A stretch of DNA of 63,519 nt, filler included, from Chiloscyllium plagiosum (lineage: Eukaryota), in the NCBI RefSeq assembly GCF_004010195.1. It is 6 parts of one record of this genome, joined end to end, with 100 filler letters (N's around TTAATTAATTAA, not from the genome) between each part and the next. Parts side by side here need not be neighbours in the genome. Positions count along the whole stretch, not along the records: positions 12,988 to 23,133 come from NC_057710.1; positions 23,234 to 36,527 come from NC_057710.1; 4 more parts are not named here. One strand, written 5' to 3'. A program made the translations under genes and the position numbers. The notes under the pieces are model-generated. The model had not been told where the DNA came from and searched no databases. It saw nothing but the letters and a program-made list of their open reading frames with translations. Positions within the stretch are counted from its first letter, which is position 1. Each line of letters opens with the position of its first letter. Below are positions 12,888 through 26,102 of this stretch, piece after piece.

Positions 12888-12987
12888 NNNNNNNNNNNNN
12901 NNNNNNNNNNNNNNNNNNNNNNNNNNNNNNNTTAATTAATTAANNNNNNNNNNNNNNNNNNNNNNNNNNNNNNNNNNNNNNNNNNNN
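12888..12987. other. Assembly linker N44-TTAATTAATTAA-N44 (also 23134-23233, 36528-36627, 50845-50944, 59991-60090)
   Basis: Identical 100-bp construct five times; the 12-mer has stops in all six frames. Confidence 0.97.
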
Positions 12988-13560
12988 ACACCCTGTACCT
13001 CCCAACCCCACACTGTAACTATACATCCCACCCTGTAACTACCCACTACACCCTGTATCTCCCCACCCCACCCTGTACCTACCCATCACACTCTGTATCT
13101 GCCCACCACGCCTTGTACCTCCCCATACACCCTGTACGTACCCACCACACCGTGTACCTACCCACCAGATCCTGTACCTTTCCACTGCACTCTGTACCTC
13201 TCCAACACACTCTGGCCCTCTCCAACACACTCTGTAACTAACGACCACACCCTGTAACTCTGTAATTACCCACTACACTCCATATCTTCCCCACCAATCT
13301 CTGTATCTACCCGACCTTCTTTGTACCTCCCCACCACACCCTGTCCCTCCCCAACACTCTCTGTAACTACTCTATTTCTGATGAAGGATTTTTGCCCAAA
13401 ACGTCAATTTTCCTGCTCCTCAGATGCTGTCTGACCTGCTGTGCTTTTCCAGCACCACTCTAATCTCGACTCTGGTTTCCAGCATCTGCAGTCCTTGCTT
13501 TTACTCTCTGTAACTACCCACCATCTCAGTACTTACCATACCACACTCTATACCATGCAA
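12988..13560. repeat. Degenerate ~21-bp minisatellite (cccaccacaccctgtacctc/ctgtaacta)
   Basis: Repeated ctgta-containing C-rich units; interrupted by a PLE end at 13371. Confidence 0.85.
13371..13502 (+). mobile_element. Short PLE terminus insertion with degenerate hammerhead
   Basis: CTGATGA 13378...AAAACGTC 13405; flanking direct repeat actctctgtaactac at 13356-13370 and 13503-13517. Confidence 0.75.
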
Positions 13561-14434
13561 CTCCGTTTCTAGCTTCTACTCCCAGCCTGCCTTAGGCTGA
13601 CCACCATGCCATTCAGTGCTGTTCTGCCTCCATCTCCTGCTGTGCAGGGCATAAGCTCTCGTAACATAGCTACCTCGATATTGTAAGGAAGATGAGTTTC
13701 ATCTTTATTTCTGGTCAACTAATTACTAACACCTCCTATTAGAACAGTAAAAGAAATCTTCCCAAGTATTTAAGAAATGTTTGTTAAGGTAGATTGGGGG
13801 GGAGGTGTTGAGGAATGGGGGATATCTAAAATTTGGTCAATCTACTACCATGGTGTCCCATGGCAAGTGAATGTGAAGATCTAGCCCAAAGTATCCACAC
13901 CTGTGGTCTGCATGATTTTCTGAGCTGCCATTCACTGAATTGTTGAAGCTAATTTACCTGTTGGTGGAAAGGGATATTGAAGGTTCAAAGCTAGTTCAGG
14001 TAGAGAAAGTTTGTTGATTATGGGTTTGCTTCAAGCCCACAGTAATCCAGCGTGGATTAGGATATTCATGTTTCTAGACTCACTAGAGAAGTGTCATTGA
14101 GTAAATAATATGAAGTTCATTGTGATACTGAAACTATTTGCAGATTACGTGAAGATAATCTATGTTACTATAGAGACAGGGGAGCACATTAACCTCAGTT
14201 CTATCTCTTACAAGATCATTCTTTAATTTGGAAAAGTCCCTGAGTCAATACTGTGTAATTCCAAACATGGACTTGTGTTCCATTGCTTCCTGGTGCTGTA
14301 GGTCCTGGAAATCTTGAGAATGAAAGAAAGAACAGAGTTAATTGCACTCTATTTTTAACAGCCTCAAGCCCATTCATTTACACAGAGCAAACATCGGGCC
14401 TGCACTCAGTCACCCGGCACCTGTCTGGACTTCA

Positions 14435-14620
14435 GAATGCTCTCAGAGATTTTACAGCCAATGAAGGACATTTGGAGTAAAGTCTCCATTCTAATGCAGA
14501 AACACAATAGCTAGCCTGCACACAGCAGGATCCCACAAACTGCAATCTGATCATGAGAAAGTAGCAGGAGAACTCCGTGCTCTTCATGGAATAAGTGACA
14601 AGACAGCATCCTTCAGCCAG
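14435..14620 (-). mobile_element. DeuSINE-like (SacSINE1/AmnSINE group) remnant
   Basis: tttacagccaatgaag...gcacacagcaggatcccacaaactgcaat; homologous to 45188-45585. Confidence 0.55.
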
Positions 14621-16100
14621 GTCAGTGAGAGTAAAATTATATTTCCAAACAGGCAGTGGCAATAGCTGTCTGTTTCAGCCCCATGACGCCAAGAGAGAAG
14701 AAAGTGGTACCAATTCTCTGACCTGTTTAAACCACCCACACCCACACACACTCTCAATGCCAATCCCCTCACTAATCCCACAGAAACCACCAATATTGCA
14801 GTTTCCCTCCAGCACTTGGAATTGTAACCTATGAAGCAAAGTTTTGAGTTCCATTTTTCAACCTTCACTATAAGGATATGAAGAGTACACAAAAACCAGT
14901 GATAATGTGGCATTGGTGACAAGTCATTAACTGCAGAGAGATTTTGTTTCAGTCATGCAACTATTTATAGGTTGTTTATGATGATCTCATGCAAGAAGCT
15001 TGTACCATGTGGCTACTGTTACAGAACCCTGCAGTGTCAAAACTTCCTCAATGTCATTTTAGCCATTTCTGAAACTCCTATCTTTCAAAGAACAAGAACA
15101 AAGAACATTACAGTACAGGAACAGATCCTTCAGCCCTTCAAGCCTGCACTAATCCAGATCCTCTATCTAAACCTGTCACCTATTTTCTAAAGGATCCCTC
15201 TGCTCCCTGCCCATTCATGTATCTGTCTAGATACATCTTAAATGACGCTATCGTTCCTGCCCCTACTGCCTCCGCAATCCAGATCCTCTATCTAAACCTG
15301 TCACCTATTTTCTAAGGATCCCTCTGCTCATTGCCCATTCATGTATCTGTCTAGATACATCTTAAATGACGCTATCGTTCCTGCCCCTACTGCCTCCGCT
15401 GGCAACACATTCCAGGCACCTACCACACTCTACGTAAAGAACTTTCCATATGTATCTCCCTTAAACCTTTCGCCTCTCACCCTGAACTTGTAACCTCTAG
15501 TAACTGAGTCCTCCACTCTGGGGAAAAGTTTCTTGCTATCCATTCTATCTACACCTGCCATGATTTTGTAGACCTCAATCAGGTCCCTCTCAACTTCAAT
15601 CTTTCTAATGAAAATAATTCTAACCTGTTCAACCTCTCATCATAGCTAGCACCCTCCATACTAGGCAATATCCTGGTGAACCTCCTTTGCACCCTCTCCA
15701 AAGCATCCACATTCTTTTGATAATGTGGCGACCAGAACTGTATACAGTATTCCAAATGCGGCCGAACCAAAGTCCTATACAACTGTAACATGACCTGCCA
15801 ACTCTTGAACTCAATACCCCGCCTGATGAAGGAAAGCATGCTGTATGCCTTCTTGACCACTCTATTGACCTGCTTTGCCACCTTCAGTGTGCAATGGACC
15901 TGAACAACCAGATCTCTCTGTACAGCAATTTTCCCAGGACTTTTCCATTTACCATATAGTTCGCTCTTGAATTGAATTTTCCAAAATACATCATCTCGCA
16001 TTTGCCTGGATTTAACTTCATCTGCCATTTCTCTGCCCAACTCTCCAATCTATCTATATTCTGCTATATTCTCCGACAGTCCCCTTCACTATCTGATACT

Positions 16101-16240
16101 GCTGAAAAAGTGTTGCTGGAAAAACGCAGCAGGTCAGGCAGCATCCAAGGTGCAGGAGAATCGACGTTTCGGGCATAAGCCCTTCTTCAGCACTTTTTCA
16201 GCTCTGATCTCCAGCATCTGCAGTCCTCACTTTCTTTACT
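16101..16240 (-). mobile_element. Short inverted PLE terminus inserted into CR1
   Basis: Inverted repeat gctgaaaaagtg/cactttttcagc; atact on both sides; CR1 contiguous across it. Confidence 0.8.
16163..16190 (-). ncRNA. Minimal hammerhead ribozyme core, intact
   Basis: Minus strand CTGAAGA-A-GGGC-TTAT-GCCC-GAAA-CGTC. Confidence 0.75.
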
Positions 16241-16924
16241 ATACTCCACCAATCTTAGTGTCATCTGCAAACTTGCTAATCAGACCACCTATACCTTCCT
16301 CCAAATCATTCGTATATATTACAAACAACAGTAGTCCCAACACAGATCCCTGTGGAATATCACTGGTCACAGTTCTCCATTTTGAGAAACTCCCTTCCAT
16401 TACAACTCTGTGCCCTGTTGCCCAATCAGTTCTCTATCCATCTAGCTAGTACACCCTGAACCCCATGTGACTTAAATTTCTCCATCAGCCTACCATGGGA
16501 AACCTATTCAAACACCTGACTGAAGTCCATGTATATGACATCTACCGCCCTTCCCTCATCAATCAACTTTGTCACTTTCTCAAAGAATTCTATTAAGTTG
16601 GTAAGACATGACCTTCCCCGTACAAAACCATAAGCCCATTTTCTTCCAAATGTAAATAATCCTATCCCTCAGTATCTTCTCTAGCAGCTCCCTTACCACT
16701 GACGTCAGACTCATCAGTCTGACATCAATGACTTGGATCATCCCTGCTACCCTTCTTAAACAAGGGACAACATTAGTAATTCTCCAGGCCTCTGGGACCT
16801 CACTTGTGCTCAAGGATGCTGCAAAGATATTTGTTAAAGCCCCAGCTATTTCCCCTCTCACTTCCCTCAGTAACTGGGATAGATCCTATCCAGACCTGGG
16901 GACCTCAATGCCTTTTAGAATAGG

Positions 16925-17010
16925 GTAGAGGAATGGGTCTGGGTGGGTTACTCTTCAGAGGGTTGGTGTGGACTTGTTGGGCCGAAAGGCCTGTTTCCAT
17001 GCTGTAGTTT
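16925..17010 (+). mobile_element. HE1/V-SINE 3' tail fragment
   Basis: gggtgggttactcttcagagggttggtgtggacttgttgggccgaaaggcctgtttcc matches 6825-6890. Confidence 0.75.
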
Positions 17011-17074
17011 TCTCTGATTCGATCCGTCATGTCCTGATGCAAAGTTTCAACAAATTACTGAATACAAGCACTAT

Positions 17075-19161
17075 TTACTCAAGTGTTCCTGAAGACTATG
17101 TCTGCAGGAAGTGTGTTTGGTTGCAAATCCTATCAGACCACACGGATATGTTGGTGCGGCAATCAGAGGCAATGAAGAGTTTACAAGAGCAAGGGGGGTA
17201 TGATAGATGGCAGTTTCAGAAAGATGGAGTGTCCACAGATAGATGGCAGATAGTTGACCATGAGGAATGTTGGGAGAGGTTGCAAAGTAGTGTAGGTGTC
17301 TCCTGGGGCTATCTCCATTTCAAACGGGTATGCTATTTTGGATACTGTAGCAGGGGATGGCCTCGCAGGGGAGTAAAGCACTGACAGCCAGGCTTCGTGT
17401 ACCATGACTGGCTCTACTGTAACGGGGGGTATGTCAGGATCTGACCGATCGATTGTAGTAGGAAACTACCTAGTCTGGGCACAGAAAATGTTTCTGTGGT
17501 CATCAGTGTGACATCAGAATTGTGCGTTGCCTCCCTGGTGCCACGGTCATGGATGCCTGAGAGGGTGCAGAATATTCAGAAAGAGGAGAGTGATCAGCAG
17601 GAGGTCATTGTACACATTCATACCAATGACATAGGTAGAGAAAGGGCTGAGATTCTGCAGAGAGAATATAGGAAGCTAGGCAGGAGGTTAAAAAGTGATC
17701 CTCGAAGGTAGTAATGTCTGGATTACTCCCAGTGCCACATGTTAGTGAGAGTAGGAATAGGAGATGAATGCATAGCTGAGGAACTGGTGCATGGGGAAAT
17801 GGTACACATCTTTGGAGCACTGGGACCTCTTCAGGATAGAAATGGCCTGTGTAAGAGGTACAGGAAGGGGACCAATATCTTTGTGAGGAGATTTGCTAGA
17901 TCCGCAGAGGAACCTTGATTATCTGAAGTACACGGGTGGGGAGTATTTTGTTCAGTTATTTGAATTCTGGTAACAGTTAGTCACGCATCGGGACCTTACG
18001 ATCTTGTTTGGATACTCGAAAATTCACTTCATTGAATTCCAGATAATCAAGGTTCCTCAGGAAGCTTTAAACAGTAAAGGGGGTGGGGGAAACGATTTTA
18101 AGAAAACACAAAAAGACTGAGGCTGGTACATTTGAGATGAAGAGCAAGTGAAATAGTCAAGGCAGACAAGAGCTTGGCAAAGAACGAGGTGAGACTGATG
18201 AATTTAACTACATATACTTCAAGCGGCCTAGCAGGTTAGGGCATGGTTGGGAACATGGGACTGGAATATCGTAGCCATTACAGAAACATGGCTCAAGGAT
18301 GGCCAGGACTGGCAGCTTAATGATACAGGAAGAATAGAAAGGGGGTGCAAGAGAGGAGAGGGAGTGGTGTTTTTGGTTAGGGAGACAATCTCAACCCTAA
18401 TTAGGTAGGATGTTCCTGGGAGATCTTTCAGTGAAGTTGTATGGGTAGAACTGAGAAATAAGGTAGGGATGAGCGCCTTTTTGGGATTGTATTGAAGACC
18501 CCACAATTGTTAATGGGAAATTGAGAGCAAATAAGTAAGATCTCAGATATCTGTGAAAATAATAGGGTTGTAATGGTAGGGGATTTTAACTTTCCAGACA
18601 CAAACTGGGACTGTCATAAAATTAAGGGCTTGAGTGGGGAGGAATTTGTTAAGCGTGTACAAGAAAATGTTCTTATTCAACATATGGATGTACCTACTCA
18701 AGAAGGAGCAATATTTGACCTGCTGTTGGGAAATAGAGCAGGGCATGAGACTGAGGTGTCAGTGGGACAGCACTCTGGGGCCAATGATCATAATTCTATT
18801 AGTTTTAAAATACTTATGGAGGAGATAGAACTGAAAGTTAAAGTTCTAAATTAGATAAGGCCAATGAGACAGGAACTTTCTGTTTGGATGCGGTTATTCA
18901 CAGGTAAAGGGACAGTTTGCAATGGGAGGCCTTTAAAAATGAGATAACAGGAGGTCAAAGACAGTATGCTCCCGTTAGCAAGAAGGGCAAGGCTGGTAGG
19001 TGCGGAGAGCAATGGTTGGCTAGAGAAATTGAGGCCCTGGTCAAGAGAAGGAGTCATATGTTAAAGACGGCAGGGATCGAGTGAATTCCTAGAAGAATAT
19101 AAGGGCAGTAGGAGTACACTAAAGAAGGAAATCAGGAGGGCAAAAAGGGAAAATGAGATAG
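17075..19161 (+). mobile_element. Old CR1 LINE, 5' part (ORF1 Cys motif and esterase, ORF2 endonuclease); continues at 24381
   Basis: VPEDYVCRKC, VIVHIHTNDIG, VGDFNFPD, NDHNSISF; many stops and frameshifts. Confidence 0.88.
17905..18060. mobile_element. Tc1/mariner (Tigger-like) MITE in CR1
   Basis: Perfect 19-bp TIR gaggaaccttgattatctg 17907-17925 / cagataatcaaggttcctc 18040-18058. Confidence 0.75.
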
Positions 19162-21320
19162 AGTCATTGAGATGTACAGCATTGAAACAAAACCTTTGGT
19201 CCAACCCGTCCATGCCGACCAGATATCCCAACCCAATCTAGTCCCACCTGCCAGCACCCAGCCCATATCCCTCCAAACCCTTCCTATTCATATACCCAGC
19301 CAAATGATTCTTAAATGTTGCAAATGTACCAGCCTCGACTACATCCTCTGGCAGCTCATTCCATACACGTACCAATCTCTGCTTGAAAAAGTTGCCCTTT
19401 AGGTCTCTTTTATATCTTTCCCCTCTCACCCTAAACCTATGCCCTCTAGTTCTGGACTCCCCAACCCCAGGGAAAATACATTGCCTTTTTATCCTATCCA
19501 TGCCCCTCATAATTTTGTAAACCTCTATAAGGTCACCCCTCAGCCTCCGACACTCCAGGAAAAACAGCCCCAGCCTGTTCAGCCTTTCCCTATAGCTCAG
19601 ATCCTCAAACCCTGGCAACATCCTTGTAAATCTTTTCTGAACCCTTTCAAGTTTCACAACATCTTTCCAATAGGTAGGAGACCAGAATTGCACGCAATAT
19701 TCCAACAGTGGCCTAACTAACGTCCTGTATAGCTGTAACATGACCTCCCAACTCCTGTACTCAATACTCTGACCAATAAAGGAAAGCATACCAAACACCT
19801 TCTTCACTATCCTATCTACCTGCCACTTTTTTTCAAGGAGCTATGAACCTGCACTCCAAATTTTCTTTGTTCAGCAACACTCCCTAGGCCTTACCATTAA
19901 GTGTATAAGTCCTGCCAAGATTTGCTTTCCCAAAATGCAGCACCTCACACTTATCTGAATTATACTCCATCTGCCATTTCTCAGGCCATTGTTGTATCTG
20001 ATTAAGACCCTGTTGTAATCTGAGGTAACCTTCTTCATGGTCCACCACAAAACTCCAATTTTGGTGTCATCTGCAAACTTACCAACTGTACCTCTGATGC
20101 TCGCATCCAAATCATTTATGTAAATGACAAAAAGTAGAGGACCCAGCACCGATCCTTGTGGCACTCCACTGGTCACAGGCCTCCAGTCTGAAAAACAACC
20201 CTCCACCACCACCCTCTGTCTTCTACCTTGAGCCAGTTCTGTATCCAAATGGCTAGTTCCCCCTGTNNNNNNNNNNNNNNNNNNNNNNNNNNNNNNNNNN
20301 NNNNNNNNNNNNNNNNNNNNNNNNNNNNNNNNNNNNNNNNNNNNNNNNNNNNNNNNNNNNNNNNNNNNNNNNNNNNNNNNNNNNNNNNNNNNNNNNNNNN
20401 NNNNNNNNNNNNNNNNNNNNNNNNNNNNNNNNNNNNNNNNNNNNNNNNNNNNNNNNNNNNNNNNNNNNNNNNNNNNNNNNNNNNNNNNNNNNNNNNNNNN
20501 NNNNNNNNNNNNNNNNNNNNNNNNNNNNNNNNNNNNNNNNNNNNNNNNNNNNNNNNNNNNNNNNNNNNNNNNNNNNNNNNNNNNNNNNNNNNNNNNNNNN
20601 NNNNNNNNNNNNNNNNNNNNNNNNNNNNNNNNNNNNNNNNNNNNNNNNNNNNNNNNNNNNNNNNNNNNNNNNNNNNNNNNNNNNNNNNNNNNNNNNNNNN
20701 NNNNNNNNNNNNNNNNNNNNNNNNNNNNNNNNNNNNNNNNNNNNNNNNNNNNNNNNNNNNNNNNNNNNNNNNNNNNNNNNNNNNNNNNNNNNNNNNNNNN
20801 NNNNNNNNNNNNNNNNNNNNNNNNNNNNNNNNNNNNNNNNNNNNNNNNNNNNNNNNNNNNNNNNNNNNNNNNNNNNNNNNNNNNNNNNNNNNNNNNNNNN
20901 NNNNNNNNNNNNNNNNNNNNNNNNNNNNNNNNNNNNNNNNNNNNNNNNNNNNNNNNNNNNNNNNNNNNNNNNNNNNNNNNNNNNNNNNNNNNNNNNNNNN
21001 NNNNNNNNNNNNNNNNNNNNNNNNNNNNNNNNNNNNNNNNNNNNNNNNNNNNNNNNNNNNNNNNNNNNNNNNNNNNNNNNNNNNNNNNNNNNNNNNNNNN
21101 NNNNNNNNNNNNNNNNNNNNNNNNNNNNNNNNNNNNNNNNNNNNNNNNNNNNNNNNNNNNNNNNNNNNNNNNNNNNNNNNNNNNNNNNNNNNNNNNNNNN
21201 NNNNNNNNNNNNNNNACAGGAATATACTTTCTCTGGATTCTTGTTATCTCATTTCTGAAGACTTCCCATTTTCCAGCCGCTCCTTTACCTTCGAACATCT
21301 GTCCCCAATCAGCTTTTGAA
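19162..21320 (-). mobile_element. CR1 LINE (young subfamily) spanning an N-gap
   Basis: ORF 19238-19807 RT C-terminus; [20 protein letters not shown] linker sequence at 21217-21320. Confidence 0.92.
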
Positions 21321-21860
21321 TGTTCTTGCCTAATACTTGGCCCATACCCTCTGAATCCTTCCTATTCATATACCCATCCAGATTCCTTTTAAATGCTGTA
21401 ATTGTACCAGCCTCTACCATTTCCTCTGGCAGCTCATTCCTTACACGCACCACCCTCTGTGTGAAACAGTTGCCTCTTAGGTCCCTTTTAAAACTTACCC
21501 TTCTCACTTTCAACCTAGACCCTCTAGTTTTGGACTCCCCCTACTCCAGGGAAAAGACCTATTTACCCTATCGATGCCCCTCATTGTTTCACAAATCTCT
21601 TTCATGTCACCCCTCAGCCTCAGACACACCAGGGAAAAAGCCCCAGCCTATTCAACCTCTCCCTATAGCTCAAACCCTCCAACCCTGGCAACATCCTTGT
21701 CAATCTTTTCTGAACATTTTCAAGTTTCACATCCTTCCAATAGGAGGGACACCAGAACTGCATACAGTATTCCAAAAGTGGCCAAACCAATCTCCTGTAC
21801 AGCTGCAACATGATCTCCCAACTCCAATACTCAATGCACTGACCAATAAAGGCAAGCATG
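21321..21860 (-). mobile_element. CR1 3' fragment
   Basis: LLEYCMQFWCPSY, FTQRVVRVRNELPEE. Confidence 0.88.
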
Positions 21861-21908
21861 CTATCTGTGTGGAGTTTGCACGTTCTCCCAGTGCGTGTGT
21901 GGGTCCTG
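21861..21908 (+). mobile_element. V-SINE core fragment at gap edge
   Basis: ctgtgtggagtttgcacgttctcccagtgcgtgtgtggg. Confidence 0.7.
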
Positions 21909-22408
21909 NNNNNNNNNNNNNNNNNNNNNNNNNNNNNNNNNNNNNNNNNNNNNNNNNNNNNNNNNNNNNNNNNNNNNNNNNNNNNNNNNNNNNNNNNNNN
22001 NNNNNNNNNNNNNNNNNNNNNNNNNNNNNNNNNNNNNNNNNNNNNNNNNNNNNNNNNNNNNNNNNNNNNNNNNNNNNNNNNNNNNNNNNNNNNNNNNNNN
22101 NNNNNNNNNNNNNNNNNNNNNNNNNNNNNNNNNNNNNNNNNNNNNNNNNNNNNNNNNNNNNNNNNNNNNNNNNNNNNNNNNNNNNNNNNNNNNNNNNNNN
22201 NNNNNNNNNNNNNNNNNNNNNNNNNNNNNNNNNNNNNNNNNNNNNNNNNNNNNNNNNNNNNNNNNNNNNNNNNNNNNNNNNNNNNNNNNNNNNNNNNNNN
22301 NNNNNNNNNNNNNNNNNNNNNNNNNNNNNNNNNNNNNNNNNNNNNNNNNNNNNNNNNNNNNNNNNNNNNNNNNNNNNNNNNNNNNNNNNNNNNNNNNNNN
22401 NNNNNNNN

Positions 22409-22837
22409 TCGAGAGCTAAGGGCCATTAGCTCTGGTGGATGGTAGTTAGCTCTGGGGTCTTTGTCTAACTGTCCCTTTCTTTTATATCCTTCATGATATA
22501 TCAATATTTCTTACAATAGGATTGGTCCTATGTTGTCAAAACCATCAGATTTAAATTTAATTGGTCCTTCATATCTAAGGGCCTGGCTCAAATTGATTGG
22601 CTAAATTCAAAATTTGTTTACTTGGTCAAAATTGCTGCTTGGCCTGCTAACTGCATGGCCTTTCAATAGAAATGTTTCAGTTCAGACTCTCTGTGTACTG
22701 CCAAACTCAGGCTGCTGCTCACAGACATCCATTTGAAATCTCTAACCAGAAAATGCACATAATCTTTTAAAGGGACTGTGCAATGCTTTCGCACATAATC
22801 TTTTAAAGGGACTGTGCAATGCTTTCCCCATTTTACA
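22409..22837 (-). mobile_element. Probable LTR fragment
   Basis: Minus strand begins TGTaaaatgggg; several CCAAT boxes and gaTATAAAg downstream; 36-bp tandem duplication 22755-22826; other end lost in gap. Confidence 0.45.
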
Positions 22838-22907
22838 TCTGTACAAACACCAAAGTCTCACTTCCTGCCTTCCAATCTACATATACTCTCCCAAGATTTG
22901 CGACACA

Positions 22908-23133
22908 TGTTGTTCAAAGAGGGGAGTAGGGATAACCCTAGTAACTATAGGCCGGTGAGTCTCACTTCTGTTGCGGGCAAAGTCTTGGAGAGAATTGTAA
23001 GGGATAGGATTTATGAACATCTGGATAGGAATAATGTGATCAAGGATAGTCAGCATGGTTTTGTGAAGGGCAGGTCGTGCCTCACAAACCTTATTGAATT
23101 CTTTGAGAAGGTGACTAAGGAAGTGGACGAGGG
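22908..23133 (+). mobile_element. CR1 RT fragment
   Basis: NYRPVSLTSVAGKVLERI...SQHGFVKGRSCLTNLIEFF. Confidence 0.92.
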
Positions 23134-24380
23134 NNNNNNNNNNNNNNNNNNNNNNNNNNNNNNNNNNNNNNNNNNNNTTAATTAATTAANNNNNNNNNNN
23201 NNNNNNNNNNNNNNNNNNNNNNNNNNNNNNNNNTACCACCAGTGTCACTCTGGTCTGGGATTTTGCAATTGCGGTCTGGAAAATCTTCAGTCTGCCAAAG
23301 GGTTGAGGCGGGGCGGGAACATTCAGAGCCCCAACAACTGAGCGATTGATTGGCTCAGGGACTCTGCCCAGTGATGGAGTGGAGTTTCTCTGCCATCTGC
23401 ACACAGTCTGCTCTCTCTCCCTGGAAACCAGTGTAAAATTACTCTGCTCCATACAGCATCACAGAGTCAAAGAGAGAGGGCTGGAAACAGCCCCTTCCCA
23501 GTTCATAGAGCACTGCACAGCCCCCAGCTTCACTGAATGGGAAATAAGCAGGTTTCTAGGAGGTGTTTCATCCATCTTCTCAGGACTGTCCTTCAGGACT
23601 TGCCACTACTACCTCTTTGCAAAAGTTTTTGCTAAAAGCAAAACAAACACATATGCATATTAAAGAATGCGCAATTTAAGATCAATGTCTAAGGGTGAGT
23701 TAAACGTTCGATATTTAAAAAGACAACTATTCAATTTTTTAAAAAATATCAACATATCATCAGAATAGTCTTGTTCAGGCTGGGAATACTGGGAAGGGGT
23801 TACCCGCTGGGTTATCTATACAGCTATATCATAATATATGATAACCAAGTAAGGCAATTCTTCACAAATTCGCCTTTAATTACATTCCTGCAAAATAATA
23901 TATATATTTTTAAAAGATACACCTGAAAACTCACCAAAATTGCAACTCGTTCTGTAACACGAAAGCGAAATAAATCGTTCCTGTCCGCAGTATTTTGTCT
24001 TGCAGAAATTAAAATGTGTGTGGTTTATTTTGTAAATTATGCAGTAGTAATGAACGTAGCGCTCTCTCCTTCTCTCTCCAGCTCTGGGATGGATTACAGA
24101 GGTAGCGAGACAGACTCAGTGACAGGAATAGCAAGGCTCACCCGGACAGAGCAGGCTGCCGCTGCTGTTCAAACCTTCCTTCTCGATTTAAGGTTGCACT
24201 TTTTTTTTTTTTAAACCCCCCCCCCCCCCCCCCCTTCCAAAAAATAAATAAATAACGTCGTGATTCTGGTGGGGGCCCTTCTCACTTTTGTCTGATTAAT
24301 CTCTGCACATGTGGGTGAAGGAGGGGGAGAGGTGGTCTCGCAGAAAGACTTTAACGCATGTAGCCAGCCAGCGCTGTCTG

Positions 24381-26015
24381 CTTTGGCAAATAGGGTTAAG
24401 GAAAATCCAAAGAGATTCTATGAATGCATTAAGGGCAAAAGAGTAACTGGGGAGAGAATAGGGCTCCTTAAAGATCAGCAGGGAATCACAGGAGATGGGT
24501 GAGATACTAAACGAATAATCTGTGCCAATATTTATGGTAGAGAAGGACTTGGAAGCTCGGGAACTTGGGGACATAAATGGTGGTGTCTTGAAAACAGTTT
24601 ATGTTATAGAAGAGGAGGTGCTGAAGGTCTTAAAAAGCATAAAGGTAGATAAATCTTTCAGGACCTGATCAGGTGTTTCTCAGAACTTTGTGGAAAGCTA
24701 GCGAAGTGATTGCTGGGTCCCTTGCTGAGATATTTGTATCATTGATAGCCATGGGTAAAGTGCCGGAAGACTGGAAGTTGGCTAATGTGGTGCCATTGTT
24801 TAAGAAATACTGTAAGGAAAAGCCAGAGAACTATACACCAGAGACCCTTACATCATAGGTGGGTAATTTGTTGGAGGTGATTCTAAGGGACAGGAACTAA
24901 ATGCATTTGGAAAAGCAGGGAACAATAAGGAATGATTAATATGGCATTGACCATGGGAAATCATGTCTCACTAACTTGATACAGTTTTTGAAGAAGTGAC
25001 AGAGAATATTGATGAGGGCAGAGTGGAAAATGTTGTCCATATGAATTTCAGCAAAGCATTTGACAAGGTTCTACGTTGTTGACTGGTTAGTAAGGTTAGA
25101 TCATGTGGGATCCAGTGGGAGCTAGCCAACTGGATAATTGAATTGAAGATACGAGACAGAGGGTGGTGGTGGAGGGTTGCTTTTTTGGACTGGAGACCTG
25201 TGACTAGTGGTGTGCCACAAGAATCAATGCTGGGTCCACTGCTTTTCGTCATTTATATAAACGATCTGGATGTGAATATAGTATGGTTAGTAAGTTTGCA
25301 GGTGACACCAAAATAGATGGTTTACAGGGCAGGATTTATACACTTAATGGTAGAGCTCTGGGGAGAGTTGCCGAGCAAAGAGACCTCGGGATACAAGTGC
25401 ATAGTTCCTTGGAAGTGGAGTCACAGGTAGGCAAGGTGGTGAAAAAAGTGTTTGGCATGCTTGCCTTCATTGGTCATAACATTGAATATAATAGTTGGGA
25501 CATTTTCTTGCAGTTGCACATGACATTGGTGAAGCCACTTTTAGTATACTGCATACAATTCTGGAGGCTCTTTTATAGGAAGGATGTTATTAAAGTTGAG
25601 AGGAAAGATTTACAAGGATGTTGCCAAGACTGGAGGGTTTGGGTTATCGGGAGAGACTGGGTTTATTTTCCCTGGAGCTTCGGACACTGAGGGGCATGGA
25701 TAGGATGAATAGCCCAGGTCTTATTCCAATGCTGGGGGAGTCTAAGTCGAGAGGGTATAGGCTTAAGTTTAAAGAGGAAAGATTTAAAAGGGACTCGAGG
25801 TCTAACTTTTTCACACAGACGGTTGTGCATTTATGGAATGAGCGGCTAGAGGAAGTGGTGGAGGCTGGTACAATTATTACATTTAAAAGGCATCTAAATG
25901 GGTTTCCGAGTAGGAAGGGTTTAAGAGGGCCAAATGCTGGCAAATGGGACTAGGTCAAATTGGGATATCTGTCAAAGGGTCTGTTTCCATGCTCTATGAC
26001 TCCATGACTCTATGA
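24381..26015 (+). mobile_element. Old CR1 LINE, 3' part (continuation of 17075-19161)
   Basis: [22 protein letters not shown], (atgactc)n tail. Confidence 0.9.
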
Positions 26016-26102
26016 GTGCTTGTACTGCTTATTCAAAATAATTTTTTTTATACATCTGCAGGATGACGGTATCACTGGCTAGGCCAGCATCTATACTGTC
26101 AC

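Larger units (their letters stand above)
15088..16915 (-). mobile_element. CR1 LINE (second subfamily) RT and 3' end
   Basis: [30 protein letters not shown] remnant, (aagaac)n tail; 125-bp tandem duplication and PLE insertion. Confidence 0.92.

Noticed and set aside
12932..12943. Palindromic TTAATTAATTAA repeated five times between N runs
   Set aside because: Artificial scaffold linker, not biology
19871..22504. Long ORFs of 174-475 aa
   Set aside because: Mostly X from N-gaps
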